From the NCBI RefSeq assembly GCF_009914755.1, contig NC_060948.1: 64,000 nucleotides of DNA; one strand, 5' to 3'. Positions within the stretch are counted from its first letter, which is position 1. Every line of letters begins with the position of its first letter. Of the stretch, positions 12,351 to 22,060 are shown in pieces. This DNA is from the human T2T-CHM13v2.0 reference genome, Homo sapiens. The notes under the pieces were generated by a model. The model ran no database searches and had not been told where the DNA came from. It saw only the letters and a program-made list of their open reading frames with translations. The translations under genes and the position numbers were made by a program.

Positions 12351-15050
12351 ACTCTCTGGAGGTCCTTCACTTGCAGCTGGGCTGTGAATGGGCCAGGCCA
12401 CAGGGCGTCTCCGGCTTCTGGGACAGAGCCATATCCTTGCAGCTGTCCATTCGGTATTGCTGGCAGCAGGGGATGGGCATCAGGCTTCGGGGTGGGGGGC
12501 ATGGGGGCTGGGTTGGGGGAGGAGCCAGGAGGGAGGCGTATGGGGTGAGCCAGGAGGCAGGGGATGGGGCACAGGTTGGGAGCGGAGGCCAGGTTCCTGC
12601 AGATAGGAGGCTAGCTTGCTTGTGGGAGCCCCGGGAGCACGTGGTAGGGAAGGGAAGCCAAGCACAGTACTCACAAGGAGGAATCTCGGCGCCAAGGGTC
12701 CTTCACTCACAGCACAAAGTTAAGGGGCACGTTTCCCTGGGAAATGCCCTGGAGGAAGGGGAGTCTGCAAGCTCGGGCCAGCTAATGAACCACCCCCGCT
12801 TTTAGTGCCTGTTTCCACCAGGCTCACCCCAGAAACACAAGGTGCTAAAGACTCGAGTTTGTGGTGCATGGGGCTGCTGACCTCCTCAAGGCAGGTACCA
12901 GCTCCCCAGATAACGCTTTCTTTCCCCTGCGGGCGCTGCACCAAAAGAGGTGTAGGCCCCGAGCATATATAAACTCCTTTGCACCCACACAATTCCCATG
13001 GGGAGCACCAGGCAAAATCCTGCAAGCTCCTTCTACCTACAAGGCTTCCCTCAAGTGGACAGGCACACCCTCAGGGAGTCCAGGATAAGAGGACACCACA
13101 CACCCAGATATCAGCAGAGCATGTCCAGAACCCAGCACACAAGGGCCTCCTGCAGCTCATGAACCCTGAGGAAGCAGACACCTCATACCACCCTGCCTTC
13201 CCCCATCCCTCCCTCAGCCAAAACCACCTGCCCACTCATTCTGCTTCCTGTCCCTGGTCAGTGCAGGCCAGCTTGGCCTGGCTCCACCCAACCAAAAACC
13301 ACCACAGTCGTGGTGTTGCCTTCTTGCCAAAGACAGGGGATCAACAAGAGAGGGTGACAGGCCAAATGTCTGGAAGATAGCCCTGCTCCACATTCTCTGT
13401 GATCTTGCAAAATTGCAGGGTGTCACCACGCTTGCCCAACCAATCATCTGGAGGCTCCTTGACCAGAGGTAGATTGCTTGGCAAGCCCAGATGTCGGCCT
13501 AGGTCAGAAACCATGATGAAGTCCTGCTTTGCTACATGATGGATTTGCAGGTCAGGGTGGGGAGCCTGGGTCTGTGGGAGTGGTCCAGTTTCTGAGTCAG
13601 TTTGAGGTTCCCCTGGGGCCTGGGGCTGTCTCAGTGGCAGAGCTGGAAAGGGGAAACTCATCCTTTACTCCAGATGGCAGCCCACTTCAGCCCAGCTAGA
13701 TGAAATGGTCCCGTTGAGTCCATCCTCTTTCTTCTTCTTGATCAGACAGGTGGAGGAACTCAGTCATCCTGGTTACCGGCGGCTGGATGAAATTTCCTTT
13801 CATCACAACCTTTACTTCCACAATGAAGTTATCATTAAGGAATACTTCTTTGGCATCCTGGGTAAGAAGTGCCTCTCAGCATGGTAAGGGAGCTGGTGTG
13901 TGAGAGGGTAAGCCTGTCATGAACCTCCCTGACTCCTCTCCCTGCAGGGTACAGGGTGTCTCATTCCACTGCAGTCCAGTGGGATCATGAAGGTCAAGCC
14001 TCCAGCTGTAGGCAGAACATTGCCTACCTGAGCTTGTTCAGCTGTTTGGCTGAATATGACTGCCTGGGTTTTGGCAGGATTGCTGAGGTGGGGTCCGTGG
14101 TGGGGCATCATGGGAAAGGACCTTGCTGCTCATTCCTTGGCCTCTTGGGAATGGGCTTTGAACTGTGACCTGACCTGTTGTGGACCCCTTCTGCAGTTCC
14201 CCAGATCATTAGCCAGGGCCTATGGCTCAATCCATTGGAGTTCTACCCCAGGGAGTGAGGGACAGCATTAGAGAGGGAACAAAGAGGAGGCCAGGTGAGC
14301 AGCCTAGGTCTGGGAACTGAGAGGCCTTCGAGTCATGGATCTGTACCCTGCATGGAGAACTCAAGGATCATGGAGAAGACTGCAGTGAGCAATCCCAGGC
14401 CAACCATCGGTTTGGGAAGAAAGGCCCATCAGGGAACTGTAACACCCACATTTTAGGATTGGGGAACCCTAAGCCATCGACAATGCATATGTGTCTAATG
14501 TCAGTGAGAAGCAGGGCTTAAGGGATAGCTGTCTCATCATCACTCACCAGCTCCCTCCCCTGCCTTGAGGCCTGCTGCCACCTGGGGCTCAGATTGAGCT
14601 CAACCAGGGCCCTCTCCCTCTCCAAGCAGATGTGCACCTGAGGCCAATCTAGGTCTACACCCTTTCAAAATGTTTCTCCCAGGCCTGTCATGTTCTGTTT
14701 TAATGACCCCAGGCACCCCTGACATGCATTCTCCTCTCTGCCATCCTCACTTGCACTCCCACTGCCCTTCCTTCCCAGATAAGACAGGCCACTGTACAGG
14801 GAATCTGGAGGACCACACTGGGCTCCAGTGTGAGGAAATGTTCTATTTTCTGAATGTACATGTATTTTAGAGCTTCCTCCAGGGCTGTAAATGTGAAGAG
14901 ATTACAAAATAGATGTGGACCTTCAGTGTGTGTCCAGGGAGGGAACCTGACTGGGAATTAAGGCCCACCTGAGTAATGGTGTGGATATCCAGTGTCAGTT
15001 ATCTTGATAAAGACCTGCTTTGTTACATCACCTACTATTAATATAAAAGT
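12035..15050 (+). pseudogene. Diverged spliced TSPY-family paralogue (possibly FAM197Y/CYorf16-type): exon 1 ~12,035-12,480; exon 2 13,473-13,550; exon 3 13,750-13,861; exon 4 13,948-14,087; exon 5 14,205-14,294
   Basis: Exon 1 '[42 protein letters not shown]'; exon 2 (78 nt) 'IAWQAQMSA*VRNHDEVLLCYMMDLQ'; exon 3 (112 nt) 'VEELSHPGYRRLDEISFHHNLYFHNEVIIKEYFFGIL'; exon 4 'YRVSHSTAVQW...FGRIAE'; exon 5 'IISQGLWLNPLEFYPRE*'. Exons 2-5 have AG/GT boundaries in TSPY-like phases. The FAM197Y link and the 3' end are inference. Confidence 0.88.
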
Positions 15051-15436
15051 TAATTTCTTAGAATATTGAAAAAGCCAATTTAAATACAAAGAAAAATGGT
15101 TTGTTCATAATTGTATGCAAAACCTGCGGAAGGATCCATTTTCCATTACAAATCTTATGTGAGACTTGAAGTATTTATCAAGGTTTAAGATACATTTTTA
15201 TTGTTCTACTCTTGGCAAATTTTATGATCATTTTTGCAATACAGGAACATGGGCTCTAGAAAGTTTTTGAGGGACTTTCAGCTTCTTTTAGAGTACTTAG
15301 TTGTAAATTTTGAATGGTTTTCCCCTGTGGTTCTTTTCAGTTTACTATTTGTACTTTATATGCAAAGTGTTAAATTTGTTTTCTTATCTGCCCATTCTGG
15401 AACTTTTGTTTTCAAGAATTTTTTTTTTTCTGTTAG

Positions 15437-15815
<379 letters not shown>

Positions 15816-16426
15816 TCATTTGTTGTTTACGTATTTTAATCCTTGATCTATTTTCTTCATGTACACATATTTTAGAGTTATTGAAATCATATATTTTACT
15901 TACTTAATACTTTAGTAGGATTTTAAAAGTCATGTCTTCATTCACTAAATACAGTATTGTGAATAGGTTAAACCTTGTATAGTATTGTCATTCTGACTTC
16001 CATAAATTATTCAAGAACTCTGATACTGTTTTCTCCCACCTGAGAAGAACATGCAGATAGTTATAAAAAATTGTGTGAGTGGGTAGGTATGAGCATTTAA
16101 TTTGAAGGAATAGTAAAGTTCACAAACACAAGTTCACATTTGTATTTTGCATCACTTTGAAAATTTTATTTGCTGACATATGAAATTCTGTATTCGCCCT
16201 CATGTTAAATATACACTTTTGAATCAATTTCAAGAATGAAAATAATCCAAGGCCAAGCATTAGTTCAGGAAGTAAGTAGAAAGCAGTTGTTATGTAGAAA
16301 AAGCATATTTATTGAAGGTATATTTAGAGAGATTTTAGGAGGCTTAAGTCAATATTTTGTTTTTATTGCTCTGGTGTTTTATCATACTATGACCAGACTC
16401 TAGCATCACTAGTTATAGTCACAAGG

Positions 16427-16699
16427 CTACGAAAGTCTCAGAGGTGCAGTAATTATTATTGAAGTAAGTGGCACTGTGGTTGGCTGCTTAAGGAGACTAG
16501 AGGACTTAGGAGTTTACACCCAAGGCATAAAGGCCTAGTTTAGTGGGTGGCCTTCTTTTGCTGAAGTAGATATGACCCAGGAGAGGTGTGAACTCACTGT
16601 AGTAGCTAGGGCTTTGAGACTATTGAAGCTTATTTGTCTCCAACTGCCATTGCCAGATATTGGTCTACAAATAACGGCACTTCCTAGACTCACTGACTC
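16427..16699 (-). pseudogene. Protease pseudogene terminal exon (domain 2 Ser exon and C-terminal tail)
   Basis: 'tttacag|' then ESVSLGSAVICRPISGNGSWRQISFNSLKALATTVSSHLSWVISTSAKEGHPLN*AFMPWV*TPKSSSLLKQPTTVPLTSIIITAPLRLS*. This follows the 'GDSGGPLVC...W.Q.G..S...T.VS.Y..WI' pattern. Confidence 0.8.
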
Positions 16700-17277
16700 C
16701 TGTAAATTCAAACGTAGAATTTGGATTTAAATCCCTATTCCAACTTCTTAAACTTAGATCTAATAAATGGATAAAAAATATGCATTCAGAAGAAAGTGAG
16801 ACATCAGGTAACTACATAAGTAAATCATCCTGATGAAATACATTCAAAAGTATTACTACAAAAAATCACTGAAGATTAAACTTTAAAAAAGTTATTTAAT
16901 TAGGGAAATAGGAAAAGGTTAGACTCATTTTAAACTCTGAGGTGTAAAGATACTATTATTAGAATATGAGAATTATATAAAATGTCTAATTTGTTTCAAG
17001 GGCAGCATGCCAGCAATTTAGCATGGCTAGAGATTAGTGACCCATGTAAGAAAACTCAGAGATTAACAACAAAGTGTTTTCAGAGATTTTTTCTGCAATT
17101 GAAGACTTTTAAAATGGTTTCCTGTTAATCAATGATTCACTTAAATTTATCATTTAGGCATATGCTGTATACCCTTGTATATAGGAACAAAGTTATAGTT
17201 TCTATCACTATAGAACTACTATAAAACTAGTTACTATAGTTTTATAGTAGCTAGAAAAAAAATTTTTGACTGTGTAC

Positions 17278-17411
17278 CACATTTGCATTAGAGTCTTTGG
17301 CCTCAGTAACAAAGCAAACAATGGAGCTGCCTATGTCAGAATCCAGGTGGGCACAGATGGAAGCTTGCATTAGTTGCGTCTTTAACATTTCTGGATTCTC
17401 ATAAGTCTCCC
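17278..17411 (-). pseudogene. Protease pseudogene exon (domain 2, Cys-Cys loop exon)
   Basis: 'tttttctttctag|' then GETYENPEMLKTQLMQASICAHLDSDIGSSIVCFVTEAKDSNANV, then '|gtacac'. Phase 1 to 0, open frame. Confidence 0.78.
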
Positions 17412-17595
17412 CTAGAAAGAAAAATGGAGTATAGCTATCCTATAGAACATATTTTACAATTAAACACTAAGTATTGAGATAAAACCATGAATTGTCTATC
17501 ACTGTATCATTATTACTTTAAACTTGTATGTATAACTTATAGAAAGAAATTCAGTTTATAGCCAATAATTTCATTCTCTTTCTAGTGACTTCATT

Positions 17596-18200
17596 TTTTT
17601 TTTTTTTTTTTTTTTTGAGATGGTGTTTCACTCTGTCACTCAGCCTGGAATGCAGTGGCCTGATCTCACTGCAACTTCCACCTCTTGGTTTCAAGCAATT
17701 TTCCTGACTCAGCCTTCTAAGTAGCTGGGATTACAGGCACACACCACCACTCCTGCCTAATTTCATATTTTTGGTAGAGATGGGTTTTCCCCATGTTGGT
17801 CAGACTGGTCTCAAACTCCTGACTTCAGGTTATTCGCTGGCCTCAACCTCCCAAAATGCTGGGAGTACAGGCATGAGCGACGACACCAGCCCCCTCTCTT
17901 TTTTTCTGAGACAAGTTATTGTGTGGTCACACAGGCTGGAGTGCATTGGCACCACCTTCACATGCTGCAGCCTCAAACTCTCAGTCTCAAGCTATCTTCC
18001 TGTCTCAACCTCCCACGTAGCTGGGACTACATGTGTGCAACACCACACCAGGCTATTTGTTGTTGTTGTTGTTGTTGTTCTTTAGTGATGAAGCCTTGCT
18101 ATATTGCCCAAGTGGGTATCAAATTCCTGGGCCCAAAGGATTCTCCTAGTTCAAGCTCCCAAAGTGCTAGAATTATAGGAGTGAGCCACTGCGGACAGCA
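17596..18200 (-). mobile_element. Two adjacent Alus (AluS-like 17,596-17,890; AluJ-like 17,897-18,200) in a protease intron
   Basis: Poly-T heads, Alu left and right arms, and (ttg)n in the second linker. Confidence 0.9.
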
Positions 18201-18647
18201 TCATCACTCTTTAATCACTTTCTAAATGCCACTCTTCAAAAGTAACAAGTAAATTTTACTTATGAAATTCTAAACGCCAAGTCAAGTTCAGTTTAATTTT
18301 CATAAAGAGGGAAAAACAAAACAAACAAAAAAACTCCTTTTTCCTTTGTTTTGAAGTCAGCAAAGAGTTGGAAAGCAAATCATCTCTACTTTAGTTTACA
18401 AAATTGACTGTACAGGGAAAGATCCTCATGTAATTGTTTTCGGATCTAAAATCCTATGAAGTTATCATCAGAGCCATCATCTTATAAAATGAAAACAAAT
18501 CTCCTATTGGGTCTCTTATGTGGATTAAATATCTTACACTTAGTAATATATACAATTGTGATTGTACTTCTTCCTTGAACCATAATATTAAAAATATGAA
18601 CCTCATTTTTTAGAACTGCTACCCAAATAAGAAAACTAACCACTGAC

Positions 18648-18894
18648 CTGGTGTAATAATTTGTGGCCCAGAGAGCCGGCATGCTGAACTATTCAGGTTC
18701 TTCAGATAGCCCAAGGGGGCTAAGAGCCAAATGGGAGTCTGGACATCTTGGAGGAGTAGTAATGCCAGGTCATTCCTTCTGCCCCACTGACCAACTGGAA
18801 CCTCTCATGCAATAGAATACTAGACACCTTCACAACTCTCAATAATGCCCCACGGTGCCTCAGGCCCAGAATCACAGCGGTGTCTTCAGGATTC
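18648..18894 (-). pseudogene. Protease pseudogene exon (domain 2 Asp exon)
   Basis: 'cacacag|' then NPEDTAVILGLRHRGALLRVVKVSSILLHERFQLVSGA-(frameshift)-RNDLALLLLQDVQTPIWLLAPLGYLKNLNSSACRLSGPQIITP, then '|gtcagt'. NDLALL corresponds to the trypsin NDIALL motif. Confidence 0.9.
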
Positions 18895-19252
18895 CTGTGT
18901 GCATAGGCAAAGATTTATTGTGGTACATTCATTAGAAAACCTGAACCTTACACGTACATCAGGCTTTCTAGCATATTTTTTAGTCATGATACACAAGGTC
19001 CCTAGCTCATCTTCAGAGAAATCAGAAATATATGAATAAATCCCACAGACAATGGGATTGCAGAGGAATTAACTAACAGAGGTACTAGTAAGCCACAGTA
19101 AAGCAATTTCTTTTCAGCCTAAAACAAAAATGATATCTGTAGAAGTGAGATGGTCATGCATTATTGAAGTGAATTTGGACACAGAAACCTTCAGCAATGT
19201 AATTATAGGATAATGAATTACAGGGTATTGGAAGAGGCAGGCACAATCTTAC

Positions 19253-19388
19253 ATGTTCCTGACATAGTGGGCAGCTGTGAGAACCCAAGAGCTACTAACT
19301 ACGGAACCACTGCAGACCTGACTGCCACAGCTGATGATCCCAGCCTACCAAGGCATGGCATATTGCAGAGAAATCTGATCTGCTGAAG
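19253..19388 (-). pseudogene. Protease pseudogene exon (domain 2 His exon)
   Basis: 'ttttctcctcag|' then SADQISLQYAMPW*AGIISCGSQVCSGSVVSSSWVLTAAHYVRN, then '|gtaaga'. WVLTAAH is the trypsin His motif; TAG at 19,345-19,347. Confidence 0.92.
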
Positions 19389-20283
19389 CTGAGGAGAAAA
19401 ATAAGCTAATGTGCTAATTTGAATAGAATTGCCATCTGTAGACCATTATTTAAAGTTTTAAATCCCTCCTATTTCTGCTAACCAAGTCAGCATTGAGAAA
19501 TATGACTAGCAAGGACAAACTTCTACCTCTTTTGTGTTTATGCATTTTTCTTGAAAATAAGTGTTCTTATTATCTTTCCAAGATCATAGTTTCTTTATGT
19601 CCTAGCTTAAGTTTCTTTAGTCAAAATACTGGGAGTCATTCCAGCTTTCTCCCCCATTGCAACATTTATTTATCTATGATTTTAGCTACTTAGAAGTCAT
19701 TGAAGTAGATAGGCAACAAAAAATGCAATGATTTGAAGCTATTAGATAAATAGTGAAAAATCTGGAGATAAAGCACCTGTCTCTAAATTAGAGAGGGCTT
19801 ATCTTCATAAACGTATAGTGTTCGTGAGATACCAATCCAATAGTTTAAATAGAAAATTCAAGTTTGAGTTTCAGAAAAGAGCTTATATTTTTGAAATGAT
19901 TTTAGAGTTCCTCAGAAAATTGAGTTGAAGCAATGCTCCTGAATATATATAGAGAGATAACCTGTCTATAGAAAGGGTAAGCAAGTAGAGATGAAATTAG
20001 AAGCATAACTAATATCTTACATGTAGTTTTCTTTGAATTAGACTTGGAGGATGTGAGCAAATAATTATGGCCTCCTTTATGTTTTAAATATATTATTCAC
20101 TGTAGCTATAGAAATAGGGGTAGCTATAAAATAGCTGTGGTTAAATGCACATTTAATTCATGAGACCAAAAGAGATCCCTCAATTTCCAAGGAAATAATA
20201 TTTTGAAGGATGGCCGGAAGTAACTTTTGGTGTTCAAGATATTCCTTCTTCTCCCTGGCATTCACACCCCATGAATTTGTCAA

Positions 20284-20417
20284 CTTACAGCCAGGCTCCC
20301 ACGTAGCTTTCTTGGCCTCCACACAAAAAGTGAATTCATTTAGTTTTGGGCAAAATTGGTTACAAGTGCTGACTTGTAGGATGCTCAGGTGCTGTTTCTG
20401 CATAATTCCAGGACTCC
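20284..20417 (-). pseudogene. Protease pseudogene exon (domain 1, Cys-Cys loop exon)
   Basis: SPGIMQKQHLSILQVSTCNQFCPKLNEFTFCVEAKKATWEPGCK (inside ORF 20158..20403) follows the 'LQ...V.I.....C.......MLCA......DSC' pattern. Confidence 0.82.
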
Positions 20418-20583
20418 TTGATAGAAAACAGAGAAGAGGTTTTTGTGTTTGTTTTCATACTTAGCCTAGATTAGAGAGAGAATATGGTGAAGAGAAAGAC
20501 AAATACTTTATTATTCAAGAGAGAATAATATTCTCTTTCCAAACATGCTTCTCTTTCATCCCACTGTCTTCTTCATTACTCAG

Positions 20584-20842
20584 CCCACATAAGGGACCAA
20601 CTAGATAGCCAACAGTCATATAGTTGTATAAATTTCTCCTGTTCCAGACTTTCCTTCAGGCATATAGGAAGGACCAGGGGTTGAAAATATGGTGGCTGCT
20701 TCAGGAAGATCAACCCAGGTCACAGAATCACTTGGAACCTAGGTAGGGTATGGCACAGTCAATGCTGACAGTCTGAGCTTGGGCAGAATCTAGAAGATGA
20801 TTAAGCTCCACTTGGACCAGGGCCAGGGCTGCTGAGTTTTTT
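20584..20842 (-). pseudogene. Protease pseudogene exon (domain 1 Asp exon), both splice sites mutated
   Basis: KNSAALALVQVELNHLLDSAQAQTVSIDCAIPYLGSK*-(frameshift)-GLIFLKQPPYFQPLVLPICLKESLEQEKFIQLYDCWLSSWSLMW. 'PICL...CW..W' is diagnostic. The acceptor reads ccctg (AG lost) and the donor reads ctgagt (GT lost). Confidence 0.88.
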
Positions 20843-20974
20843 CAGGGGAAAAAAAAGTCAAGAAAAAGTCTTATTATTTCTACATTTCAATTTGAATAAA
20901 GCCCTGGAGGTCACGTGAATCAGATGAAGTCCAGGTAAGCACTAAAGTACAAATACTCCTTTAGAAACTATTTT

Positions 20975-21213
20975 CAAGGATCATTTGAGACCAGGTAGGC
21001 AACATGATAAGACTTTATTTCTGCTGAAAAAAAATTAGCCAGATGCAATGGTATGTGCCTGTGGTCCCATGAACTCAGGAGGCAGAGGTGGGAGAACTCC
21101 TTAATCTTGGTAGTTTGAGGCTACTCTGAATCACGCCACTGCACTCCAGCCTGGGCAATAGAGCAAGACCCTGTCTCTATCTCTCTTTCTCTCTGTCTCT
21201 TTCTGTCACATAG

Positions 21214-21250
<37 letters not shown>
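20975..21250 (+). mobile_element. Partial AluJ-like element followed by CT and (CA)n repeats
   Basis: 'ggatcatttgagacc...aaaattagcc...ccactgcactccagcctgggcaatagagcaagaccctgtctc', with (ca)n at 21,215-21,250. Confidence 0.85.
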
Positions 21251-21252
<2 letters not shown>

Positions 21253-21335
21253 GGTAAATATATTCCTTTAGAATCTCAATGTTATTATTGCTTTATAATG
21301 ATATCTTAATCTTAAGATAAATTTCTTAGACTTAC

Positions 21336-21504
21336 ATAAAATTGACACATCTAGCTGTAGTAAGGAAATAGTGTTCATTTAGTATGGAGCCAGCACAGAA
21401 ATGGGAGACAGAACGTTGTACAGAAACTATTCAAGAGAATTCACCAATTTCTGACTCCCAGCGGTTGTGACAGTGGGTGATATGGCCAGGGCATAATCCA
21501 CACT
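21336..21504 (-). pseudogene. Protease pseudogene exon (domain 1 propeptide and His exon)
   Basis: 'ttccttctgcag|' then (E)CGLCPGHITHCHNRWESEIGEFS*IVSVQRSVSHFCAGSILNEHYFLTTARCVNF, then '|gtaagt'. It matches 'ECG...EA..GEFPW.VS.Q....HFCGGSIL...W.LTAAHC'; TGA at 21,431-21,433. Confidence 0.92.
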
Positions 21505-22060
21505 CTGCAGAAGGAATACACATGTGGAATAGAGTGAGATTAGTGTTACTACTATCCTATTTATAAAATATAATTTTAGGTTTTTAGGAATGTTCTTGGA
21601 AATTCAGTATCTTCAATTCTGAGAAAATACTTGGAAATATACATTATTCATGCTACAATTTTAGATATGCTACAGAGGTTATTTGGATACTTTCCCTTCA
21701 AATGATAATTTAATGTATATATAAATATATAATATATCTTATTATTGTATCCAAGATATTATAGTATTATCCAGTTGTGGGTGTATATATTCATATACTT
21801 CAAGTGGAATAATAAACCATTTCTAAGAAGTAAGACTATCTTAAAAATACTCTTCTCTGAATAGAATTGTGTTTATAAAACATAGCCCATAAATCCTGTT
21901 TGGCAAAAGTAAGATATTCTCTCAATATTTAGACATCTCTGCTGATTCATACAATAATCTAAATTTTGGTTTTGCAAAGGTTTGAGGACATAACCTCTGA
22001 TCTTACAAACTGTGGTTTTAGGGTTCAACAAGAGTCTTCGTAGCAAGTATATTAACTCAC

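Noticed and set aside
10767-13380. Many overlapping 80-160 aa ORFs, including 12080..12502(-), which recalls the PRORY-type antisense peptide
   Set aside because: GC-rich, stop-poor DNA and alternative or antisense frames of TSPY exon 1. There is no independent coding evidence.
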